The translations under genes and the position numbers were made by a program. From Patescibacteria group bacterium (GTDB taxonomy: Bacteria; Patescibacteriota; Doudnabacteria; UBA920): DNA of 64,000 nt. Position 1 is the stretch's first letter. Every line of letters begins with the position of its first letter. This document shows, in pieces, positions 10,052-18,702 of the stretch. The stretch is from NCBI GenBank assembly GCA_036726225.1, contig DAIMCS010000002.1:123743-187742 (forward strand), given 5' to 3'. The notes under the pieces are model-generated. The model did not search any database, had not been told where the DNA came from, and saw only the letters and a list, made by a program, of their open reading frames with translations.

Positions 10052-10103
10052 GCGAGCGCGGATGCTCGTCTTTTTTTATTGCAAATGTTAAAATAGGCTG
10101 AGT

Positions 10104-11546
10104 ATGAGTTTAAGCGTTTCAAAAAATATTTTTTGGTTAACAATCTCGCGTATAGCGGCTTTGGTTTTGCTGGCAATTGCATATTTTGCCCTGTTTAGGT
10201 ATTTAAAGCCTTACGGCTCGGGGCAATACCAGTTCGTGCTTTCCTATGTGCTGATTTTTGGCACCATAGTCGACTTTGGCATACAGCAGTTTATTACCAA
10301 AAAAATCAGCGAAGACCCCAAAAACGCCAAACAGTATTTTCAGGAATTTTTTTCCTTTGAAACTGTGGTGGCGCTGTCTTTGCTCCTCCTGTTAGTCGTT
10401 ATAGCTTACTTTAAGCATTACGAGGCCACGGTTTTTTATGCAATTGTCGCGGCGGGTTTAGGTATGGCCTTAAACGCTCTCTGCTATCCGTTTATGGCCG
10501 TGCTGGCAGCCTTTCAGGATATTAAAAAAGTTGCCCTTATAAATTTTTTAAATTCGGTGGTGAACTTCAGCATGATTTTTCTTGCCATTTTTTTCCATCG
10601 ATACATAGTATTTTTAGCCGCGACCACCGTAGTTTTTGGAATTTTGGATTTAATTCTTTACCGCGCGTTCGTAACAAAACATTTGCCCCGCCCGCAGGTA
10701 CTCAAAGCGGCTTTCAGTTTGGATTTCCGCCTCATAAAAAATATTATAAAACAGGGCTGGCCGTTTGCTGTGTTAGTCGGCTTTAGCGCCATTTACAATC
10801 GTATTGATGTGCTTATTATTACCACGTTACAGGGTTATCAGGAAACCGGGCTGTATACCGCTGCTTATAAAATTTTTGACCTGCTCGGGTTTTTCCCTGC
10901 CGCTGTTTCCTTTACGCTTTTCCCTTTTTTTGCAAGCCTCATTGCCCAAAAGGCCGTAAGTGAGGTAAAAGGGGCTTTAGAAAAATATTTGAGGTTAATG
11001 GTTATTGCCGCTTTGCCCATGGCTGTTGGCGGAACCATATTGGCCGCCAAATTAATAAACCTTATTGCCGGGCCGGGTTATGAAAACGCCGCCGGTGTGC
11101 TCGCCATACTTATTTGGGCGCCGGCCATACTTTTTATTTACATACCGGTAAACGCACTGGTCATTTCCCAGCTAACCAAAAAAGCCGTCATAATTACGGG
11201 CGCTAACGTTTTAGTCAATATTGTCGGCAACTTAATTTTAATTCCCATTTACGGCATTAAAGCCGCAGCGGTTATGACCGTGGTTTCAGAAAGCATCCAG
11301 GGCATTTTTTATTTTTATTTTGTAAGAAAAAATATTACACATTTCAATTTTTTTGGGTTGTTTCTAAAACCGCTTTTTGCTGCGGTGGCCATGGGTCTGG
11401 TGCTCTGGCCAATCCGCGGCCAGCAGCTGTTAGTTACATTGCCGGTCGGGGCAACAGTGTATTTTTTAATTTTAATGATTACGGGTTTTGTGAGTAAGTC
11501 AGATTTAAGTTTAGTTAAAGGTTTAATAAAATCACCTAATTCATGA
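10104..11546 (+). CDS. Polysaccharide biosynthesis flippase (Wzx / MOP superfamily)
   Basis: 480 aa, ~12-14 predicted TM helices; architecture and context match oligosaccharide flippases. Confidence 0.75.
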   Translation: MSLSVSKNIFWLTISRIAALVLLAIAYFALFRYLKPYGSGQYQFVLSYVLIFGTIVDFGIQQFITKKISEDPKNAKQYFQEFFSFETVVALSLLLLLVVIAYFKHYEATVFYAIVAAGLGMALNALCYPFMAVLAAFQDIKKVALINFLNSVVNFSMIFLAIFFHRYIVFLAATTVVFGILDLILYRAFVTKHLPRPQVLKAAFSLDFRLIKNIIKQGWPFAVLVGFSAIYNRIDVLIITTLQGYQETGLYTAAYKIFDLLGFFPAAVSFTLFPFFASLIAQKAVSEVKGALEKYLRLMVIAALPMAVGGTILAAKLINLIAGPGYENAAGVLAILIWAPAILFIYIPVNALVISQLTKKAVIITGANVLVNIVGNLILIPIYGIKAAAVMTVVSESIQGIFYFYFVRKNITHFNFFGLFLKPLFAAVAMGLVLWPIRGQQLLVTLPVGATVYFLILMITGFVSKSDLSLVKGLIKSPNS

Positions 11547-11974
11547 AAAAGAATTTGACCAGGATTATGGTGTTCGGCACTTTTGATATTTTGCACCCGG
11601 GGCATTTAAATTTTTTTTTGCAGGCAAGGGGCCTGGCAAAAAATCCTTATTTAATTGTTTCGGTGGCCAGGGATGTAAACGTGAAAAGAATTAAAGGCAG
11701 GCCAACGTTCCATAAAGAGAAAGTAAGGCTTAAGGAAATAAAAAAAATTAAGCTTGTGGATAAAGCGGTTTTAGGAGGACTAACAAATCACCTACCTCAC
11801 ATACTAAAAGAAAAGCCGGCTATTTTGGCAATAGGCTATGACCAGAATAATTATCTGAAAAATCTTAAATCCGATTTAAAAAGGCGCGGTTTGCAGGTTA
11901 AGGTTTTTAGGTTAAAAGCTTTTAAGCCTAAAATTTACAAAGGCAGCCTTTTACAAGGCAGGCGGTTATCATAA
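11543..11974 (+). CDS. Cytidylyltransferase-like nucleotidyltransferase (TagD/RfaE-domain-II family)
   Basis: HxGH motif FGTFDILHPGHLNFF at the N-terminus; size 143 aa; start overlaps the flippase stop. Confidence 0.7.
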   Translation: MKKNLTRIMVFGTFDILHPGHLNFFLQARGLAKNPYLIVSVARDVNVKRIKGRPTFHKEKVRLKEIKKIKLVDKAVLGGLTNHLPHILKEKPAILAIGYDQNNYLKNLKSDLKRRGLQVKVFRLKAFKPKIYKGSLLQGRRLS

Positions 11975-12024
11975 ACAGCTGTTTTGTGCTATAATATTGT
12001 AAATATACAAATCAACAAAAATAA

Positions 12025-12216
12025 ATGGCGCAAAACATAAAAGACATAAAATTCAACATCACCTTTTGGCAGATGTTCACAATAATAGTGGTTGCGGTTG
12101 TGTTGGGGGGCGTTATTTATAAGTTTTCATACGACAACGTGCTCCAAGATGACATTCATTCCATTTCGTTCCCGGTTCACAAAGGAGATGAAGCTAAAAC
12201 GCCGCTCAAAAGATAA
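12025..12216 (+). CDS. Small single-TM hypothetical protein (63 aa)
   Basis: Extended -10 (TGcTATAAT) upstream; one hydrophobic helix; no homology recognised. Confidence 0.3.
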   Translation: MAQNIKDIKFNITFWQMFTIIVVAVVLGGVIYKFSYDNVLQDDIHSISFPVHKGDEAKTPLKR

Positions 12217-12273
12217 ATTGTACCTATTTAAAGGCCGCCTACAATGGCGGCTTTATTTTGCTATAATCACTGT

Positions 12274-13356
12274 ATGACTATAGGTATTGAGGCTGAGAGG
12301 GCGAATAATCCGCTTAAAACAGGGGTGGAGCATTATGCAAAGCAGCTAATTTTGCATTTGGCAAAAATAGACAGCACAAACTCTTACATTTTGTATTTGC
12401 GCACTAAGCCCCAAGCATGGTTTTTAAGTTTACCTAAAAATTTTCGCATAAAAGTCATGCCTTTCCCCATATTTTGGACGCAAATTAGAATAAGTATAGA
12501 AATGTTGCTTAACCCGGTTGACGTGCTTTTTATTCCCGCTTCCGCGCTGCCTTTAATTCACCCAAAAAAATCGGTAGTAACTATTCATGACCTGGCCTGG
12601 CGGTATTTTCCCGGTTCTTTTACCTGGTTTATGAAAATTTTTTTACAGTGGTCAACGGGGTTTGCGGTTAAGCGGGCGTCGCAAATAATTGCGGTTTCAC
12701 AAAGTACCGGGCGGGATTTGGTAAAGTTTTATGGCATTGAGGAAAAAAAGATTGCCGTGGTGCATCACGGGTATGAAGAAAGTAGACAGCATACGGTAGA
12801 CAGTATGCAGACAGGCATGGATTTGCCGGAAAAATATGTTTTGTTTTTATCCACGCTGCAGCCGAGGAAAAATTTGGAAGGCTTAATTGATGCTTTTAAA
12901 TTACTTAAGCAGGAACATCCCGAACTGCCTCACAAGCTTGTTGTGGCAGGCAAACCCGGTTGGAAGTTTGAACCAATTTTACAAAAAATAGAAAAAAATA
13001 AAGATTTTGTAATTTATTTGGACCATGTTTCTGACGAAGACCGCTTAACCATTTTATCGAAAGCTGACCTTTTGGTATTGCCCAGTTTTTATGAAGGCTT
13101 TGGTATGCAGATTTTAGAAAGCTTTGCCTCAAATGTGCCTGTTGCGACATCTAATGTTTCCAGCATGCCCGAGGTGGCAGGGAACGCAGCAGTTTATTTT
13201 AACCCCCACAGTACAACCGAAATAAAGAATGCAATAAAATTAGTTTTGACAGATAAATCATTATGTGAAAATTTGAAGGAAAAAGGCAAAGACAGGTTGT
13301 CTCATTTTTCTTGGGAAAAATGCGCCACAGAGACTTTGGCAGTTCTTGCAAAATAA
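12274..13356 (+). CDS. Family 4 glycosyltransferase (GT-B); ORF open from 12244 but the promoter TGCTATAAT (12259-12267) lies inside that extension
   Basis: EX7E-type motif EGFGMQILESFASNVPVATSNVSSMPEVAG. The ATG at 12274 is 6 nt after the -10, so the mRNA is probably leaderless. Confidence 0.85.
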   Translation: MTIGIEAERANNPLKTGVEHYAKQLILHLAKIDSTNSYILYLRTKPQAWFLSLPKNFRIKVMPFPIFWTQIRISIEMLLNPVDVLFIPASALPLIHPKKSVVTIHDLAWRYFPGSFTWFMKIFLQWSTGFAVKRASQIIAVSQSTGRDLVKFYGIEEKKIAVVHHGYEESRQHTVDSMQTGMDLPEKYVLFLSTLQPRKNLEGLIDAFKLLKQEHPELPHKLVVAGKPGWKFEPILQKIEKNKDFVIYLDHVSDEDRLTILSKADLLVLPSFYEGFGMQILESFASNVPVATSNVSSMPEVAGNAAVYFNPHSTTEIKNAIKLVLTDKSLCENLKEKGKDRLSHFSWEKCATETLAVLAK

Positions 13357-13358
13357 TT

Positions 13359-14936
13359 ATGACGCAAGCTTTAATTGAAAAAATAAAAAATTTACCAAGG
13401 CTTAGGCTGCTAATAATTTTATTAGTTATTTGGCAGTATTTTTGCGTAGCCGGCATTGGGCTTTTGAATTGGCCACAGTATTTAATTTGGGTAAATTTGG
13501 GCTTGCTGTTGGGATTCATTTTAATTTGCCCGGTTTATGAGTCGCTATTGCTTTTAATTCTATCAATCCCTTTTTCTGTAGCTTTGCCTAACGCTTACTT
13601 TGACGCGCTCCCTATGTGGCGGATTTTGTACCTGGCTTTATTTATTGTTTGGTTAATAAAAGAGAAAAAATTTAAGTTTAAGGAAATCCATTTTTTACCT
13701 TGGGATAAATTTTTAGCCATTTTTGCGGCAATTGGGCTAACTGTTTCTTTAATTTTTGCGCCTTACAAAGCGCAGGCAATTAAAGAAGTGGTTTTTTGGC
13801 TGAATATTTATTTTTTTTATATTGTCTTAATCAATTCAGTGCGGGGCAAACAGCATATTTTTGAAATTATACGCTATGTGCTTTGGTCGCTGACAATAAT
13901 TGTTGCGCTCGGGTTTGCCCAGCTCTTCGGCACTTTTTTTACCAGTTTAGATACTTTTTGGGTTTTTTGGGCGGCTAATATTACCAAACTTTATTATGGG
14001 GCAGATTTTGCTTCAGTCTCACTTTATTCCAATTCTTGGTTTTCTTATGTGGGGGCAAGGGAGCTGCGGATGTTTTCTATAATGCCGGACTCGCAGTCTT
14101 TTGCCTACATTTCTCTTTTTGGCCTGGCGTTAGGCACCGCGCTCACGCATAGCGTATTTAAGCACGTTAGAAAGTGGCTGTGGTCGGGAATCCGCTTTAG
14201 CGGCATGGCAATTATCCTTTCCGGCACGCGCGCGGTGTGGGTGGGTATGATAGTCCCGTTCTTAGCCGTAGCCTGGGCATACAGAAGAAATTTTCAAAAG
14301 CATTTAGCGGAAAAATTTTTGTGGCCGTTTATTATTATTTTTGCGCTATTTGCAGTATCGCCGCTAATTAACAAGGGTTTGCATTTTTTACGCGTGGAAA
14401 GTTTTAAGGAAAATTTCTTAAGCCGCGCCGCGAGCATTTACGATTTAAACGACACTTCTAACAGGGGCAGAATTGCCATTTGGGAGCACAGTTCTTTTTT
14501 TGCGCTAACGCATCCTTTGGGCATGGGTTTTGGCAATTTTATGGTCTCGGTAGACGGTTTTGATGGCGACAAAACCTACAATGAAGCAGCCGGCCAAATA
14601 AACGAGCGTTATAATTTGCCGGCAAAATACGTTTCGGCGCACAGCTTGTATCTGCAAGTTTTAGTGGAAACCGGTATCCTGGGCTTTATAGTTTTTATGA
14701 TGTTTTGGGGCAGGGTGTGCTGGTATTTTTGGCGGTTTGTAAAACACTACCATAACAAACATGACTTTTTAATTTATTTTGTCGCCCAGGCGCTTATTAC
14801 CGTTTTGTGGGTTTTGGCTGCTTCGATTTTTGACATAACGCTTTTAAACGACAAAGTACTTATGTTTTTCCTGATTAACATTGGCCTTGCCGGACTTATA
14901 GTTAAAAGATACCAGGAGTATGAAGTTGAGGAGTAG
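13359..14936 (+). CDS. O-antigen ligase / Wzy-like polysaccharide polymerase family membrane protein (ORF open from 13311)
   Basis: Polytopic membrane protein with a large periplasmic loop, typical of the Wzy_C/O-antigen ligase fold, in a glycan gene block. Confidence 0.65.
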   Translation: MTQALIEKIKNLPRLRLLIILLVIWQYFCVAGIGLLNWPQYLIWVNLGLLLGFILICPVYESLLLLILSIPFSVALPNAYFDALPMWRILYLALFIVWLIKEKKFKFKEIHFLPWDKFLAIFAAIGLTVSLIFAPYKAQAIKEVVFWLNIYFFYIVLINSVRGKQHIFEIIRYVLWSLTIIVALGFAQLFGTFFTSLDTFWVFWAANITKLYYGADFASVSLYSNSWFSYVGARELRMFSIMPDSQSFAYISLFGLALGTALTHSVFKHVRKWLWSGIRFSGMAIILSGTRAVWVGMIVPFLAVAWAYRRNFQKHLAEKFLWPFIIIFALFAVSPLINKGLHFLRVESFKENFLSRAASIYDLNDTSNRGRIAIWEHSSFFALTHPLGMGFGNFMVSVDGFDGDKTYNEAAGQINERYNLPAKYVSAHSLYLQVLVETGILGFIVFMMFWGRVCWYFWRFVKHYHNKHDFLIYFVAQALITVLWVLAASIFDITLLNDKVLMFFLINIGLAGLIVKRYQEYEVEE

Positions 14937-14945
14937 TTAATTTAT

Positions 14946-16034
14946 ATGCCTAAAGTTACTGTTGTCCAGGTTATATATAATTCCAAAAAATATATTCAGC
15001 CCGTCTTTGAGGCCATTTTTAGGCAAACCTTTAAAGATTTTAACGTGGTGGCGGTAATTGCAGGAAATGCAGACGGCGGTAAAGAATTTTTGTCTGAAAA
15101 ATTTCCGCAAGTTGAAATTATAGATCCCGGCTACAATATTGGTTTTGCCAAAGGCCATAATTTGGTTTTTGAAAAATATCCATCTGATTTTTTTCAGCTC
15201 GTAAACCCCGATCTAATTATGGAACCCAATTATATTGAGGAAATTTTAAAAGCTTTTGAGGATCCAAAAGTTGGCGCGGCAACAGGCAAGTTGCTGCGTT
15301 ATGATTTTGAAAACAATCAGCCAACGAAAACCATCGATTCGACCGGAGTTTCCATAAGCAAATCCGGCCGCGCCAGGGACAGGGGACAGCATGAAATTGA
15401 TTATCATCAGTTTGACGATTTAACATCCGTTGATGCCGTTTCCGGCGCCGGCGCTATGTATAGGAGGGAAGCTCTTAAAGCAATAAAAACTCCAATATTG
15501 TCATCCCGACCGAGCCCGAGCGAAAGCGAGGGCGAGCGGAGGGATCTATTAAAAGATTCCTCGACTCGTCCCGATAAATCGGGACTCGCTCGGAATGACA
15601 GGGAATTTGAATTCTTCGACGAAGATTTTCATAGTTATTGGGAGGATGTCGATCTTAGTTGGCGCATGGCAAATGCAGGATGGAAAAATGTTTATGTTCC
15701 GTCCGCGGTTGGCTATCACGGCAGGGCATCAGGGTCATCTAAGGGCGGCTATAAAGACATTGGCGGATTTATACGGCATCATCGCAAGCTTAGCTCCTTT
15801 GTGCGCCAGTTGAATTACAAAAACCATATTTTTATGTACATAAAAAATTCTAAATGGTTTTACCCGCAGTTTTTTGTTCGTGAGTTTTTTATGCTAATCT
15901 ATATATTGGTTTTTGAAACCGGAACTTTAAAAGTTTTGCCGGGAATATTTGAATTATTGCCTAAGATGTGGCAGAAAAGAAAAAACATACAAAATAAAAT
16001 CCATTTCGAACGAAGTGAGAAATCTGTTTTGTGA
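14946..16034 (+). CDS. Family 2 glycosyltransferase carrying an in-frame 102-bp MITE-like insertion
   Basis: N-terminal GT-A fold (VTVVQVIYNSKKYIQPVFEAIFRQT...). The low-complexity insert SSRPSPSESEGERRDLLKDSSTRPDKSGLARNDR corresponds to a palindromic element. Confidence 0.8.
   Translation: MPKVTVVQVIYNSKKYIQPVFEAIFRQTFKDFNVVAVIAGNADGGKEFLSEKFPQVEIIDPGYNIGFAKGHNLVFEKYPSDFFQLVNPDLIMEPNYIEEILKAFEDPKVGAATGKLLRYDFENNQPTKTIDSTGVSISKSGRARDRGQHEIDYHQFDDLTSVDAVSGAGAMYRREALKAIKTPILSSRPSPSESEGERRDLLKDSSTRPDKSGLARNDREFEFFDEDFHSYWEDVDLSWRMANAGWKNVYVPSAVGYHGRASGSSKGGYKDIGGFIRHHRKLSSFVRQLNYKNHIFMYIKNSKWFYPQFFVREFFMLIYILVFETGTLKVLPGIFELLPKMWQKRKNIQNKIHFERSEKSVL
15499..15600. mobile_element. MITE-like element with terminal inverted repeats TGTCATCCCGAccGAGC / GCTCGctCGGAATGACA, inserted in frame (34 codons) in the GT2 gene
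   Basis: TIRs read directly; an internal hairpin gtcccgataaatcgggac. Related copies at 28493-28527 (5' half only) and 45540-45616 (TIR TGTCATTGCGA). Confidence 0.7.
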
Positions 16035-16050
16035 CAGATCTCTCGCTCCG

Positions 16051-16070
16051 CCTGCCTGCCGGCAGGCAGG
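16051..16070. repeat. 20-bp perfect palindrome CCTGCCTGCCGGCAGGCAGG (mini-element); other copies at 25816-25835 and 33451-33471
   Basis: Exact string recurs three times in the window. Confidence 0.9.
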
Positions 16071-16089
16071 CTCGAGATGGAAAAGAAAT

Positions 16090-16124
16090 GGCGTTATCCT
16101 GATCATACGGATCAGGATAACGCC
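16090..16124. terminator. Bidirectional terminator hairpin between convergent genes
   Basis: ggcgttatcctgatc-atac-ggatcaggataacgcc, a perfect 15-bp stem. Confidence 0.7.
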
Positions 16125-16141
16125 ATAAGAGCCCCGGCGGG

Positions 16142-16357
16142 CTAACCGGAAAGCACAGACACCTCTTCTCCTTCCGGAAATACTTCCACGGGCCTGCCTG
16201 TGTTGGAAAAAACCAGTCCGTTGGGGCCGACCGTATAGGCGTAGTTGCCTGGTCCGGTGCTGGCAAGTTTTGCGCCTTCCTGAAGCTCTTCAAATCCGCA
16301 GCCGCTTTGAAAGCCCACCTTACCATCTTTTTCAGTCAATGTAACGAAGCGCGCCAT
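16142..16357 (-). CDS. Small Gly-rich hypothetical protein (71 aa), GC-rich, strong SD
   Basis: AAGGAGG 7 nt upstream of the ATG on the minus strand; flanked by the palindrome and a terminator; no homology recognised. Confidence 0.5.
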   Translation of the reverse strand: MARFVTLTEKDGKVGFQSGCGFEELQEGAKLASTGPGNYAYTVGPNGLVFSNTGRPVEVFPEGEEVSVLSG

Positions 16358-16412
16358 GAGTGAACCTCCTTATATTAGAAGAAATATATAACCTAAGTTT
16401 GTTTAAGTCAAT

Positions 16413-17273
16413 ATGGATCTTTCAATAATAATTCTTTCATATAAATCCAAAGAGCACCTCCAGGTGCTTTTGCCGAGTGTTTTTAATTCGACCAAAAAAT
16501 ATTCGTACGAAGTAATAGTGGTAGATAACGATTCGGGCGACGGAACGGCAGAAGCCGTTGAAAGTTTACTTCCTTCTATCCCTAATTTGAGGCTAATACG
16601 AAACCAAAACACGGGCTTTGCGGCCGGAAATAATTTAGGGATAAAGCAGGCAAAAGGTAAATATATTTTGTTGCTTAACCCTGACACCAAAGTTGAGCGC
16701 GATACTTTTGAAACAATGCTGGATATGATGGAGAACCGGCCTGAAGTGGGGATGTCCGGCTGTAAAATAATAAAACCCGACGGTACTTTAGATTTAGCTT
16801 GCCGCCGCCGTTTCCCAAACCCGTGGAATAGTTTTAAAACTTTATTTTTAGGCAGCAGGAAAAATTATAATTATAGCGATGTTGATGAAAACCAAGAAAT
16901 GGAAGTCGACAGCGTAGTTGGAGCGTTTTTGCTTATCCGAAAATCTGTAATAGAAAGAATTGGCTTGCTGGACGAAAGTTTTTTTATGTACGGGGAAGAT
17001 TTAGACTGGGCTTACCGCTGCCAGCGTAACGGATTTAAAGTATGGTATTACCCAAAAACTTTTATTACCCACTATAAGGGCGCTTCGTCTGCCAAAGCGC
17101 CGTTTAAAGCTTTAAAGTGGTTCCACGACGCTATGTGGATTTTTTACAAAAAACATTATGCCCGAAAATATGTTTTCGCCTTTAACTGGCTGGTGTTTTT
17201 AGGAATATATTTTAGGCTTTTAGTTTTAACTTTGGTTAATTTTTTTAAAAAGAAGCCTGTTGTGAGCCGTTAA
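16413..17273 (+). CDS. Family 2 glycosyltransferase
   Basis: LSIIILSYKSKEHL...VVDNDSGDGT...NPDT GT-A motifs. Confidence 0.85.
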   Translation: MDLSIIILSYKSKEHLQVLLPSVFNSTKKYSYEVIVVDNDSGDGTAEAVESLLPSIPNLRLIRNQNTGFAAGNNLGIKQAKGKYILLLNPDTKVERDTFETMLDMMENRPEVGMSGCKIIKPDGTLDLACRRRFPNPWNSFKTLFLGSRKNYNYSDVDENQEMEVDSVVGAFLLIRKSVIERIGLLDESFFMYGEDLDWAYRCQRNGFKVWYYPKTFITHYKGASSAKAPFKALKWFHDAMWIFYKKHYARKYVFAFNWLVFLGIYFRLLVLTLVNFFKKKPVVSR

Positions 17274-17348
17274 TTTGGAATTTTGATATCAACATCTTTT
17301 CTGTTATAATAAATAAGCAAAATTAATAAAATCATATAACATAACATC

Positions 17349-18605
17349 ATGGAACCAGGAAATTTTAGTCCCACTCAACCTCCTAAACCGAATCACGGCT
17401 TTTACATTCGCGGCATTGCCGTGATTTTAATTTTAATCATTACTTATTTCCTCGGCTACCAAACCGGCCACAAGGGTTTTGTGTTTGAACCCAAATCTTT
17501 TCAGGTTATTAACCAAAAAGACCAGTCCGTCACAGTTGACTATAACTTACTCTGGGACGCTTTGGAGGTCATAAATAACAAATACATAGACAATCCGGTT
17601 GACCAGCAAAAAATACTATACGGCGCCGTCAGAGGCGCGCTCGATTCTTTGGGTGACCCATATACCGTATTTTTGCCGCCAAAGGAGCTGGAGAATTTTC
17701 AAACCCAGCTTAGGGGCAGTTTTGGAGGCATTGGCGCAGAGGTTGGTAAAAAAGATGGGAACATAGTAGTTGTTGCGCCGCTGTCTGAAAGTCCGGCAGA
17801 GCGGGCCGGCATTTTGGCGGGTGATTTTATTATTTCAGTCAACGGTGAGTCCACTGCAGGCTGGTCTGTGGAGCAGGCGGTGGAAAAAATTCGCGGAGAA
17901 AAGGGCACGGAAGTTACTTTAAATCTTTACAGGGAAGGCAAAGACAAGCCTTTTGAAGTAAAAATTGTGCGCGACACTATTGTAATTAAAAGCGTGAAGC
18001 TGGCTTATAAAGAGTCTGAAGTCAACGGGCTGAAAAAAACCGTGGCGGTTATAACTTTAAGCGAGTTTGGAGACGATACCAAAATTCTTTTTGACAAGGT
18101 CGTTAATGAAATTTTAACCAAAAATGTTTCGGGCATAGTTTTAGATGTCCGCAACAACCCGGGCGGTTATTTGCAGACAGCCGTTGACCTTGCTTCCGTG
18201 TGGGTAAATAAAGGCGAGATTGTGGTTTCCGAGGAACACAGTGACGGAACAAGCAAAAAATATAATGCGAGCGGGAGTAACAGGCTTTCCGGCATTAAGA
18301 CTGTAATTTTAATAAACGGCGGGTCAGCTTCGGCTTCGGAAATTTTGGCCGGTGCGCTGCATGACCACGGTATTTCTAAGCTCATTGGCGAGAAAAGCTT
18401 TGGCAAGGGCAGTGTGCAGGAATTGGTAGATTTATCCGGCGGTAGTGCGGTAAAGGTGACGGTTGCCAAGTGGATTACGCCCTCGGGAAAAAATTTGAAT
18501 AAAGAAGGACTGGTGCCGGATTTTGAAGTAAAGATAACAGAAGAAGACATAGCGGCAAAAAAAGACCCGCAAATGGACAAGGCGGTAGAGGAAGTAACTA
18601 AGTGA
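17349..18605 (+). CDS. ctpA: Carboxy-terminal processing protease (peptidase S41) with PDZ domain
   Basis: PDZ segment GGIGAEVGKKDGNIVVVAPLSESPAERAGILAGDFII. Catalytic Ser in GSASASEILAGAL and Lys in FGKGSVQ. Confidence 0.9.
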   Translation: MEPGNFSPTQPPKPNHGFYIRGIAVILILIITYFLGYQTGHKGFVFEPKSFQVINQKDQSVTVDYNLLWDALEVINNKYIDNPVDQQKILYGAVRGALDSLGDPYTVFLPPKELENFQTQLRGSFGGIGAEVGKKDGNIVVVAPLSESPAERAGILAGDFIISVNGESTAGWSVEQAVEKIRGEKGTEVTLNLYREGKDKPFEVKIVRDTIVIKSVKLAYKESEVNGLKKTVAVITLSEFGDDTKILFDKVVNEILTKNVSGIVLDVRNNPGGYLQTAVDLASVWVNKGEIVVSEEHSDGTSKKYNASGSNRLSGIKTVILINGGSASASEILAGALHDHGISKLIGEKSFGKGSVQELVDLSGGSAVKVTVAKWITPSGKNLNKEGLVPDFEVKITEEDIAAKKDPQMDKAVEEVTK

Positions 18606-18702
18606 TTGATCAAGATTTAAAAGAGTTAAATGATTGACATGATTAAGACGCAGGCTATTCTTGTCACTCTTGATCAATCTTGTCATTCATGTCAATTAAT
18701 TT
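18604..18702 (+). repeat. Intergenic repeat-family element (TTGATCAA / TTGACA-rich) directly abutting the alaS start codon
   Basis: Shares the motifs tgatcaagattt, gattgaca, cttgatcaatctt, catgtcaat with copies at 24748-24844, 25790-25907 and 31114-31196. Confidence 0.7.
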